Below, one piece after another: positions 19,444-27,926 of a stretch of DNA of 64,000 nt. Under the pieces are notes generated by a model, which ran no database searches, was not told the DNA's origin, and saw nothing but the letters and a program-made list of their open reading frames with translations. Source of the DNA: an uncultured Gammaproteobacteria bacterium (GTDB lineage: Bacteria; Pseudomonadota; Gammaproteobacteria; Steroidobacterales; Steroidobacteraceae). Positions within the stretch are counted from its first letter, which is position 1, and each line of letters opens with the position of its first letter. Location: positions 45,437 to 109,436 of the forward strand of contig CAWCJE010000004.1 of the NCBI GenBank assembly GCA_963795685.1, written 5' to 3'. The position numbers and the translations under genes were made by a program.

Positions 19444-20259
19444 GAAAAAGACCCCTCCGGCATAGCCATTCTTTTGTAGGGGCTCGACAGCATAGGATTG
19501 TCTTGTACCGCGTCGATTAGGGATGCAATCTTTGAGATGCAACCACGGTGGCATTAGCCGCGCCCGCCCTTGAATTGAAGAATTCCCTACGAAAGATCCG
19601 GTCAAAGCGACGTTATTTAAAACATGTTGACGCGCGAGATTTTGGCTATTCCTTGCGAGGGCCAGTACGGCGGATATCACTAACTGCTAGAGAACCGCGG
19701 CCTCGCAGATTTGCACGTGGCGCCCTAACGAGCGGCGCGTCGACGGCCTTCCGTGGCTCGGCCGTTATTCGATTCATAGTCGGAATTTCTGCAGCACAAC
19801 TCGGCGAAAATCGCCCATTTTGAGCGGTGACGCGATATCGAATTTGGCCGGCCGCACAGGATCAGTTCCGCGGACGGGCGTTGTAATTGCATCGTGGATG
19901 GGCATTCCCTGGGTGCCGATGACAATCACCCGGACGCCTCGGAGCTGAGTCGCTTTCGGCCGGATATTGAAGGCGCTGTGCGAAGAGCATTGGTCAGGAA
20001 CTAAAGTGTTGTCTTTTAAATCTTATACTTACATTTGCGTGCTTTTGTCGGTGTCAACCGACAGCGATTCGAGACGTTAAGAGCTTTGTCTGGGGAGATT
20101 GGGAGCCCGATCCATAGCCTAATTTTTGGTACAGTAGGCCCGATTTGGATGGGGCGGGGCGAGGGCAAACCGAGCTGTCGCAAATTAGCGACAGCCAAAC
20201 AGGGGCGATTAAGGTAACATGCGCGCTGCCGCCGAACTAAGAAGAACAAGGGTTTCGGG

Positions 20260-21357
20260 ATGAATGTTCTTGTAGTCGCCGCTATTGGTTTTTTCGTGAC
20301 GTTGCTGGCAGTGCTCGCTTTGCGGCCCCTGGCCAAAACCATCGATCTGGTCGACCGCCCGGGTGGGCGTAAGCAACATGACGGCGACGTGCCGCTTGTA
20401 GGCGGATTGGCCATGTTTCTGGGTCTGGTCGCCGGAGTGGGCTTTCTGGAAACCTCGAGCGCAGCCGCCACCTCGCTGGTGGGCGTGTCGGCGATTCTGG
20501 TGGCCATCGGCCTCCTAGATGACCGGTTCGAGCTCTCGCGTTGGATGCGCCTGGGGGTCCACCTGGTGGCCGCTATTGCCCTGATCGCGGGCACCGGGAC
20601 ATTGGTCCGTCAGCTCGGCAACCCGTTCGGCACCGGAGAGGTGGCCCTGCATGGGCTCAGCGTCACGATATTCACAGTGCTTCTGATAACGGCGGCCATC
20701 AACGCCTTCAACATGCTCGACGGAATGGACGGCCTGGCCAGCGTCACGGCCCTGACGGCTTTCGCCGGTCTGGCCCTGGTCAGTTGGCTGCACGGTGATC
20801 ACGGCCAGGAATTGGCCATTTGTGCGGTCGCGGGCGCTGCGGTCTGCGGCTTTCTTATATTTAATGTTCCGGCGCGCTATGTCGGCGGGATGCGTTGTTT
20901 TATGGGCGATGCCGGAAGCACCCTGCTCGGGGCCGTGGTCGTGTGGCTTGGTATCCGGACCAGCCAGATTCCGACGGCCGGCGCCGTGCACCCGGTGACC
21001 GTACTGTGGATTGTCGGCTTGCCGCTGTTCGAACTGTTCTGGACGGTAATTCGCCGCGTATCGCGTGGCCGTTCGCCGATGAAAGCCGACATGGAGCATT
21101 TTCATCATCTGCTGATGAGGGCAGGATTCAGCGTGCCGGCGGCCTTCATGGCCTTCGCGTTCATCAATCTAATGCTGGTGGCCTGTGGCGTGGGTCTGGA
21201 CCTGCTCGGGGTTCCCGATTCTGTGTCACTCACCCTATTGGTGCTCACCGGAATCGGGCTGGTCCGCCTCATGTATCGCGCGCATCGTCTGGTTCGGTGG
21301 CTGCCGGCCATTTCCCGAGGTACACCGAGCGAAGTCAGCCAGGACTGGTCCAGGTAA
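20260..21357 (+). CDS. undecaprenyl-phosphate HexNAc-1-phosphate transferase (WecA/WbpL, MraY superfamily)
   Basis: DRPGGRKQHDGDVPLVGG, NAFNMLDGMDGLA and a polytopic topology. GC is back at core level. Confidence 0.85.
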   Translation: MNVLVVAAIGFFVTLLAVLALRPLAKTIDLVDRPGGRKQHDGDVPLVGGLAMFLGLVAGVGFLETSSAAATSLVGVSAILVAIGLLDDRFELSRWMRLGVHLVAAIALIAGTGTLVRQLGNPFGTGEVALHGLSVTIFTVLLITAAINAFNMLDGMDGLASVTALTAFAGLALVSWLHGDHGQELAICAVAGAAVCGFLIFNVPARYVGGMRCFMGDAGSTLLGAVVVWLGIRTSQIPTAGAVHPVTVLWIVGLPLFELFWTVIRRVSRGRSPMKADMEHFHHLLMRAGFSVPAAFMAFAFINLMLVACGVGLDLLGVPDSVSLTLLVLTGIGLVRLMYRAHRLVRWLPAISRGTPSEVSQDWSR

Positions 21358-21391
21358 GAGAATAGCCGCTCGCCTTGCGAGCGAGTGGGGG

Positions 21392-21853
21392 TTAAGCCAG
21401 TCGACCGCCGCTCAACATCGTATCGACGGCGGAATCATCCAGATTGGAAGCGGCGCCCGCGCCGCCCCGCGTCGCGATGTTCCCGCGCAGCTGCGCGCCA
21501 CGCGCCACGGAAACGCGTGGCGAGTACATGTCCCCGACAATTCTGGCGCCGGCCGCGACGCGCAGTGACCGACTGGCGCGCACGTTTCCGCTGATTACGC
21601 CTTCCACGAAAATTTCGACCGCGGAAACGTTGCCGCTCACCTGCCCATTAGGGCCTACCGAGACGGCGCCGGCATACTGTATCGGTCCTTTTGTCTGGCC
21701 ATCGATGCGCAGCACCGATTCCGCACCGACTTTCACGCCAGGAGGCGGTGCCAACTCCGCTGCGGCATTCACGCTGTCGACCCGCACGGGAGGCCCGGAG
21801 CCAAGGCCCCGAAGCCGCGCGCCGCGCGAACTCTTATTTCGGCGGCATTTCAT
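21392..21853 (-). CDS. bactofilin (polymer-forming cytoskeletal protein)
   Basis: Beta-helical repeat pattern GQVSGNVSAVEIFVEGVISGNVRASRSLRVAAGARIVGDM. Its ATG overlaps the stop of the upstream bactofilin (ATGA). Confidence 0.75.
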   Translation of the reverse strand: MKCRRNKSSRGARLRGLGSGPPVRVDSVNAAAELAPPPGVKVGAESVLRIDGQTKGPIQYAGAVSVGPNGQVSGNVSAVEIFVEGVISGNVRASRSLRVAAGARIVGDMYSPRVSVARGAQLRGNIATRGGAGAASNLDDSAVDTMLSGGRLA

Positions 21854-22263
21854 CGGGAGCGACGCACCGCACGGAGCGGCGCCAGCTGCGGCACGTGCTC
21901 GACATCCTCAACGCCAATAGAGGAGTTCGGGTTGATCGCGCCATTGATCGTCGCGCCTTCCTGGATCGTCAACTGCGGGCAGTGGAGGGAACCTTCCACG
22001 ATCGCGCTGGCGTGCACTATGGCGGCAACCTTGGCGAAAATATCGCCGACCACCACACCCTCAATGCGTATGGTCCCGGTGTGGATCTCGGCGCAGACGT
22101 GCGCCTCGGGGCCTACCGTCACATTCGGTGCCTGCACACGGCCTCCATCGAGCTGCCCTAGAATAACTAGGTCGCCGGTGGTGGCGAAGTCGCCGCTCAG
22201 AATCGACCTCGGGCCGAGCAACGAGACTCGCTCCTCAGTGGCCGTTTCGCGATAGCTCATCAT
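21850..22263 (-). CDS. bactofilin (polymer-forming cytoskeletal protein)
   Basis: GDFATTGDLVILGQLDGGRVQAPNVTVGPEAHVCAEIHTGTIRIEGVVVGDI... An AGGAG lies 4 nt upstream of the ATG at 22263, so the ORF-track start at 22293 is probably too long. Confidence 0.75.
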   Translation of the reverse strand: MMSYRETATEERVSLLGPRSILSGDFATTGDLVILGQLDGGRVQAPNVTVGPEAHVCAEIHTGTIRIEGVVVGDIFAKVAAIVHASAIVEGSLHCPQLTIQEGATINGAINPNSSIGVEDVEHVPQLAPLRAVRRSR

Positions 22264-22511
22264 GGGACTCCTGCGGATCATGGGCTCGACCATACGCCGT
22301 AAGAAGCGGCCCCTTTGCGACCGAAGTCACAGAGACGCGAGAAGGTACTGCTAACTGGTTGTAACTTCGCAGGTTTTATAGCCGCGTCGGTCGGTAAAAA
22401 GGGGCCATCGACACGGTAATGGGCCTGACAGCTCGCTGGTGCGAAACCGCATTCGCGCCTAACATTCGGCGCCCTTCTTGGCCCCCGCGCGACTACGGAG
22501 ATCACCGCACC

Positions 22512-23495
22512 ATGAGGCAGATTGCATTCGGACCGGATGAGAGCGCCGATTCGCTGCGGATGGTCGAGGCTCCCAAACCGGTTCCCGGCGCAGGGGAGGT
22601 GCTGATCGCTGTGGCCTATGCGGGAATCAATCGGCCTGACCTGCTGCAGCGCTCCGGAAAATACCCGCCACCGGCCGATGCCTCGCCTGTGCTGGGCCTG
22701 GAGGTATCAGGACACATCGCTGCGTTGGGCCCCGGGACCGGCCCCTGGAAAATTGGCGATGCGGTGTGCGCGCTGACCCCGGGCGGTGGTTACGCGGAAT
22801 TCTGCAAGGCGCCGGCGGGCCACGTGTTGCCCGTCCCGGAGGGCCTGACGCTCGAGCAGGCGGGCGGCATGCCGGAGACCTGGTACACGGTCTGGGCCAA
22901 TCTGGTGGAACTCGGCCGCCTGGGCCGTGGCGAGCGCGTACTGGTGCACGGTGGTTCGAGCGGCATCGGGCTCGCTGCAATCGAGTTGGCGAAACTGCGC
23001 GGCGCGCAATGTCTGGTCACCGTGGGATCGGACGATAAGGCGAACTTCTGCCGCGCCTTCGGCGCCGATGCGGCGATCAACTACCGGAACGAGGATTTCG
23101 TGGCGCGAGTGCGGGAACTCACCGGCGGGGAGGGCGTGGACGTGGTTCTCGACATGGTCGGGGGAGACTACATTCCCAGGAACGTGAGCGTGCTGAGGCG
23201 CGACGGCCGGCTGGTGCTCATTGCGTTTCAGCGCGGCTCTCGCGCGGATATGGATTTCAATCTTGTAATGCGCAATCGCCTGGTGGTGACCGGCTCAACC
23301 ATGCGTCCGCGGACGGTGACCGAAAAAACCAAGATTCGAGACGCACTCCAGCGCGAAGTATGGCCTGCGTGCGCCGCAGGCCAGGTGCGCGTCCATGTGC
23401 AGGCGACCTATCCGCTGGAACAGGTGGCCGAAGCCCACCGCCTGATGGAGGGTGGCCAACACGTGGGCAAGATTCTGCTGCGCGTGCAGCCTTAA
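22512..23495 (+). CDS. NAD(P)H:quinone oxidoreductase, zeta-crystallin/PIG3 family
   Basis: GEVLIAVAYAGINRPDLLQRSGKYPPP, LVHGGSSGIG. The start was chosen at MRQIAFG. Confidence 0.85.
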   Translation: MRQIAFGPDESADSLRMVEAPKPVPGAGEVLIAVAYAGINRPDLLQRSGKYPPPADASPVLGLEVSGHIAALGPGTGPWKIGDAVCALTPGGGYAEFCKAPAGHVLPVPEGLTLEQAGGMPETWYTVWANLVELGRLGRGERVLVHGGSSGIGLAAIELAKLRGAQCLVTVGSDDKANFCRAFGADAAINYRNEDFVARVRELTGGEGVDVVLDMVGGDYIPRNVSVLRRDGRLVLIAFQRGSRADMDFNLVMRNRLVVTGSTMRPRTVTEKTKIRDALQREVWPACAAGQVRVHVQATYPLEQVAEAHRLMEGGQHVGKILLRVQP

Positions 23496-23507
23496 TCGCG
23501 CCGATGT

Positions 23508-25529
23508 TTAGTCGCTGTTCAGCCAGGAGGTCACGCCGTTGGAAAACTGCGTGCCCATCTGAAGTGTGATCACCCTGTCCGGCCGCACGATATACAGCGA
23601 AAGAGTGCTCTGAGGAAAGCCCGTGACGCTCAACGTGCCGATACCGCGCCCGGTGTCGGAGTCGAGCAAATAAATTCCCCGGGCGGAGCTGCCTGCAGTA
23701 AATGAGCCGTTCGTGGAGTTGACCGTGTCCCCGACCGTAAAGTAGACCGCCGGCAAGGTCAGCACGGGCGAGGAGTCTTCGGGGAATTGCGTGCCGCTGA
23801 CAAACAGGCCAGGCATGGGCACATTAAAGGGCCCCGCGGACTGCGCCTCGAGCAGGCCGGCGCTACCGACGGCGCTCCCAGGTTCGACAACATAGCCATT
23901 GGCCGGGCCGTCCAGATAAAGCACAAAACTGCGGGTGATGTTGCCGACCGTGTAAGTCATCGTGGTGCGTCCGTCGCTGGCGCGAACCGCATAGATGCCG
24001 CCGTTAAGGGTCTGACCGAAGGTGACCGTGCCCTGGTTGCTGGTGTCCAGCAGCAGGTTGATCGTTCCGCTCCCCGGATCGGCACTGCTGAACCGCCCCA
24101 ATGCCAGGACAGTCCGCGGCAGAAAGTCGGCAGCCGCGCCCCACAGCGTGAGAATGCCGGGATTGCTCAGACTGGCGTTGCTGAAGGGGCCCGTCTGGCG
24201 CGTCATGAACCCTGCGATCGGCAGGCTCGAATCCATGCTGGCGATAAACAGCCGGTCGGCCGTGACAATGTAATAGGCAAAGTGCATGGTGCGGGTCCCA
24301 CCGCTCCCCGAGGCCACGAGTGTGAGCGTGCCACGACCGGTGGTGGCACTGGGCGCCGTGAGACTCCCGGTCAGAGAGGCATCGGTCAGGGGGCTCGTCC
24401 CGTTCGCATCCGCGTGCCCCGCCGTCACATGGCCGGTGGCATCCACGGTAATCGCTCCCACGGTGCCGGTGGGTATCGCCGCGGCGTCAGCACCCAGGGC
24501 TCCGAATGCAAAATTGCCGGCGAGTTTCGCGAGCACAAAGTCGGCCGGGGTTTGCTTCTCCAGCGGGCCGGAGCCTGACTGGTCACTGCCGCCGTTGATC
24601 AGCTGCACTCGCCCGTTGAGCAGGGCGGTGGTCATCGCGTAATTGAAGACAGGCGAGTTGGCGACACCGACGAGCTGCACGGTCCCGTTGTTCGCGGTGC
24701 GCGTCGCGCACGCGCCGGTGAAGCTTTCGCTAACCGTGGTGCCCGCGGGGTTGAAGTCGTGAAACCCAGTTATCGTGCCGGTGGAGGAAATGTTCATGCC
24801 GGTTCCGCCGACGGCGACCTTTCCACCCACGAACCCTGAATATACGGAGGCATATTGCCCCTCAAGCAGGCAGGCCACTTGGGCCTTGATGATCATTGTC
24901 AGATCGGTCGTCGCGACCTTCTTGTTGCCGTCGATCACCTGGATCTGGAAATTGTAGGTACCCACAGTCGTCGGGGTACCGCTGATCGTAACGAGCGAGG
25001 AGGTCGAGGTGCCCAGAGCCATCCCTGGCGGCAGGGCGCCGCTCGACACCGACCACGCGTACGGGTCGAGCCCGCCCGATACGCTCACCTGAGTCGTGTA
25101 GAGGGTGGCGACGTTGCCGGGAAACAAGATCGTAGGATCAATGACTGGGGTGCCCTGTACGAGCAATAGGGCCTGTGAATTCTGGGTGGTATCGGCTACC
25201 GATGTGGCCGTCAGCAGAGGAGAGACCGATCCGGTGATGCCCGTCGGCGCCGTGTAAGTCACCGATTTATTGGTCACGGCAGAAAGTGTTCCGGCGCCTA
25301 CCAGCGTCCAAGTCACCCCCGCGCCGGTGGGATCGGGCGTTACCGTGGCTCCAAAAACAATCTGCGCCCCCTGCTGCACAACCGAGCTGCCGGTGGAGCT
25401 ATTGATGGCTACGGCTCCGGAGGTGCCGATCTGGCCCGTGGGCGTGGAGGTCGGGCTGCCGCTGCACGCGCCCAGGAGAATAGATGTTGCGGCCCAAATG
25501 CCAAACCCGATACCGCGGAGTTTCGGCAT
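23508..25529 (-). CDS. lipoprotein with N-terminal Ig-like (He_PIG-type) domains and a large repeated C-terminal region
   Basis: Lipobox ILLGACSG after MPKLRG. Ig-type segment DPYAWSVSSGALPPGMALGTSTSSLVTISGTPTTVGTYNFQIQVIDG. It starts 29 nt downstream of the S8 protease stop. Confidence 0.5.
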   Translation of the reverse strand: MPKLRGIGFGIWAATSILLGACSGSPTSTPTGQIGTSGAVAINSSTGSSVVQQGAQIVFGATVTPDPTGAGVTWTLVGAGTLSAVTNKSVTYTAPTGITGSVSPLLTATSVADTTQNSQALLLVQGTPVIDPTILFPGNVATLYTTQVSVSGGLDPYAWSVSSGALPPGMALGTSTSSLVTISGTPTTVGTYNFQIQVIDGNKKVATTDLTMIIKAQVACLLEGQYASVYSGFVGGKVAVGGTGMNISSTGTITGFHDFNPAGTTVSESFTGACATRTANNGTVQLVGVANSPVFNYAMTTALLNGRVQLINGGSDQSGSGPLEKQTPADFVLAKLAGNFAFGALGADAAAIPTGTVGAITVDATGHVTAGHADANGTSPLTDASLTGSLTAPSATTGRGTLTLVASGSGGTRTMHFAYYIVTADRLFIASMDSSLPIAGFMTRQTGPFSNASLSNPGILTLWGAAADFLPRTVLALGRFSSADPGSGTINLLLDTSNQGTVTFGQTLNGGIYAVRASDGRTTMTYTVGNITRSFVLYLDGPANGYVVEPGSAVGSAGLLEAQSAGPFNVPMPGLFVSGTQFPEDSSPVLTLPAVYFTVGDTVNSTNGSFTAGSSARGIYLLDSDTGRGIGTLSVTGFPQSTLSLYIVRPDRVITLQMGTQFSNGVTSWLNSD

Positions 25530-25557
25530 GCGCCTGAGAACCGTCAAATGATCTCTC

Positions 25558-27714
25558 CTAGCAATTGTGCGAATCCAATGCGCCGGCCCTGGGCGGCCGG
25601 CCGCGTAGCATAGCGGCCCGCGCGACTCGCCGCCGCAGGAACGCGCCAAGACTCCCTATCGACAGGATAACCAGCGTGGTCGGGTCGATCCTGCCGCTGC
25701 CGCCCCCGTTGACTTCCCTGAAGGCCTTTGAATTGACGACCTGGCTTTCTACATCCTGCCGCCCCAGGCTGTCGGTCACGGTCAGGGTCACGGTAATGGG
25801 ACGGAGCGCCGGAAATTTAAGGCTCGCCACCGGGCTGCTGGCGTTGGAAATGGCGACACCCGGATCGACCGTCCACAGGTACGAGGTGAGGTAGGAACCG
25901 CTCGCCGCACTGCTGGCGCTCCCATCGAGGGTGACCGTTTCACCGATCGTGGCGGTCTGGGGCGTCGTCACAATGCTCGCCTGTGGCTGCAAGGCTTTGG
26001 CGAGCGCCGCGGGCGCGTTCAACATGCCCGCGCCGCACGTCGTCGTGGTGCACTGGCATTCCTGAGCCTGCACGTCGTTGTAGTGGCCGCTGGAGTCCAC
26101 GGTCAATGCGGCCACATGGCATATACCCCCCGGGGCCGGCGTCGCCGGAACCGGGAAGGGCGTGGCGCCGGCCTGAATGCGGGTAATGATCTGGCTGGCG
26201 TTCAGGCCCGGGTTGGCCTGCACCATCAGCGCGACCACTCCGGACACCAGCGGCGCGGCGTAACTGGTGCCCACCGATCCTTCGTTGAGGACATTGCCGG
26301 TGTAGCCGGGGTTAAATATCGAGTAGGTGTAGAAGGGGTTCTTCGGGACCGTCACACCGTCGTTGCTGGTGGTCTCGATCGAATACTGGCAGGGCTGCGT
26401 CCACGGATAGCTCGTGTTAATGACGACGCAATTGCCCGCCGGGGCGGCGATGCTGACCGCGGCCGCCGTGCTGCTGACGTTGCTGTAGCCCACCTTGGTC
26501 CCCACCTGCCGGATGCCTGCAACCGCCATTGCACCCACACAGTTGGCGGGCGCGTCGATCGGCCCGCCGTCATTGCCCGCGGCCGCGACGACCACGTGGC
26601 CGTCCTGGACGATGGCCGTCACCGCGTCCTGTTCGGTCTGGCTGCAGGGCGCCTGGCCGCCCACGCTCAGGTTCAGCACCTGGGCCGGGAACTGGTTGAC
26701 AGGCACATCGGCAATCGCGGCGTAGCTCATGCCCGCGGCCCAATACATGCCGGCCACGATGTCCGAAACATAGCCGCTGCATTTGCCGATCACGCGCACT
26801 GGCAAAAGATAGGCACCGTAGGCGACCCCGGCGATGCCCAGATTGTTGTTGGTAATCGCGGCGGCGATTCCGGCAACGCGCGTGCCGTGCCAGGTGCTGT
26901 TGATCGGTTCGTCCTGATTGGGCCCGCCCCCGCAGCCCTCGAAAAAGCGATCGCTCCTGTCCAGATCGACGGCGCTGATCCACTCACCCGGGTCGGTGGG
27001 ATCAATGTCCCATCCGTCACCGTCGTTGGCCACCATAAAGGTGTAGCCCGCGGTCCCGGTCAGGCAGTTCGTGCCCTGGTCGTTGCAGATGAAGTCACGC
27101 CCGGGCAGCAATTTGCCCCCGAACCCGTAGGTCCCCAGATCCGGATGCGTGAGATCAATACCGGTATCGATAATGGCGATCACGTAGTTCTGGCCCGAGG
27201 CGGTTTTCCAGGCGGTGGTCGCCCCGATGGCCGCCGGAGCCGCTGCGGAAGGATCGTGCAGGTACCATTGGCCCACCCAATGTCCGACCGCATCAGAGCC
27301 GGCGACAAAGCGCGGGTCGTTCGGGGGATCATCGGGAAATGCCAGGGCGTAGCGACGTTGATCCGCTTCCGCATATTGCACCGCCGGATCGGCGCGCAGC
27401 CGCGCGATGACATGGCGCATCTCCCCGCCCCTGATCGGCGCGTCCAGGCGCATCAGGTCGAGCCGATCGTGGAGTTCCCGCATAGGATGAAGCGCGACCC
27501 CCGTGGACTGACTCAATCGCGCCGTGCGCTCCTGGGTGCCTTTCATCTGCACGGCCGCAAATCCGGAATCGCGCCACTTGACGATGATCCGATCGGTGGG
27601 CTCGTCCCCGGGCGCATGGGCGCGCCACGGCGCCGCTGAGGCCGCCGTCCATGCCCCCGCGAGTGCGCACAGGCCCCAGACCAGGGGCGCGCGATGCAGC
27701 CTTCGGATCAACAT
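25558..27714 (-). CDS. secreted S8 (subtilisin-like) serine peptidase with PKD-like domain and GlyGly-CTERM-like tail
   Basis: Signal peptide present. Catalytic triad contexts are AIIDTGIDLTHPDL, WHGTRVAGIAAA and GTSYAAPLVSGVVAL. PKD-like segment TLDGSASS...TLTVTDSLG. Tail is NGGGSGRIDPTTLVILSIGSLGAFLRRR. Confidence 0.85.
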   Translation of the reverse strand: MLIRRLHRAPLVWGLCALAGAWTAASAAPWRAHAPGDEPTDRIIVKWRDSGFAAVQMKGTQERTARLSQSTGVALHPMRELHDRLDLMRLDAPIRGGEMRHVIARLRADPAVQYAEADQRRYALAFPDDPPNDPRFVAGSDAVGHWVGQWYLHDPSAAAPAAIGATTAWKTASGQNYVIAIIDTGIDLTHPDLGTYGFGGKLLPGRDFICNDQGTNCLTGTAGYTFMVANDGDGWDIDPTDPGEWISAVDLDRSDRFFEGCGGGPNQDEPINSTWHGTRVAGIAAAITNNNLGIAGVAYGAYLLPVRVIGKCSGYVSDIVAGMYWAAGMSYAAIADVPVNQFPAQVLNLSVGGQAPCSQTEQDAVTAIVQDGHVVVAAAGNDGGPIDAPANCVGAMAVAGIRQVGTKVGYSNVSSTAAAVSIAAPAGNCVVINTSYPWTQPCQYSIETTSNDGVTVPKNPFYTYSIFNPGYTGNVLNEGSVGTSYAAPLVSGVVALMVQANPGLNASQIITRIQAGATPFPVPATPAPGGICHVAALTVDSSGHYNDVQAQECQCTTTTCGAGMLNAPAALAKALQPQASIVTTPQTATIGETVTLDGSASSAASGSYLTSYLWTVDPGVAISNASSPVASLKFPALRPITVTLTVTDSLGRQDVESQVVNSKAFREVNGGGSGRIDPTTLVILSIGSLGAFLRRRVARAAMLRGRPPRAGALDSHNC

Positions 27715-27926
27715 TCAACACCCCTGAATTCGCTCATTCAGAGCGCACGTTAGCCTGTAAGTTCCGCGGCGGGCAAGTTGACGCCAATGCCCGAATATGA
27801 TCGGTGCGAAGATCGAAATCCTGGCCTTTCCGGACCAGGACGCCATCGACGGGGCGTGTGGCGCGGGGCTCGCGAGCGTGCTCCCCGGTGCCATGCGATA
27901 CGGGCCGTGCGCTAGACTGGGCCCGT

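Larger units (their letters stand above)
900..20250. other. lower-GC surface-glycan (O-antigen/EPS) biosynthesis island, Wzx/Wzy-dependent
   Basis: Eighteen co-oriented glycan genes. Spot GC counts of 60-nt lines are about 42-57% here and about 60-65% from wecA (20260) onward. Confidence 0.7.

Noticed and set aside
22419-25649. N-terminal extensions in the ORF track: qor from 22419, the lipoprotein from 25649, hlyD from 27804, thrA from 30959 and the beta-helix protein from 17935.
   Set aside because: The extensions are Arg/Pro-rich and overlap upstream genes or promoters. They precede internal ATGs that give proper signal peptides, lipoboxes or family N-termini (22512, 25529, 27927, 31067, 18073).
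26083-27639. Long ORFs antisense to real genes: 26083..27639 (518 aa), 30968..32449 (493 aa), 29174..30136, 23787..24578, 53976..54959, 58488..59459 and 60615..61736.
   Set aside because: They are Arg/Gly/Ala/Pro-rich and low in complexity, with no family motifs, and each lies fully inside a well-supported gene on the opposite strand. These are typical shadow ORFs of high-GC DNA.
27778-27801. TTGACG ... TATGAT resembling a sigma-70 promoter between the divergent S8 protease and HlyD genes.
   Set aside because: The spacer is only 12 nt. A functional -35/-10 pair needs 16-18 nt.
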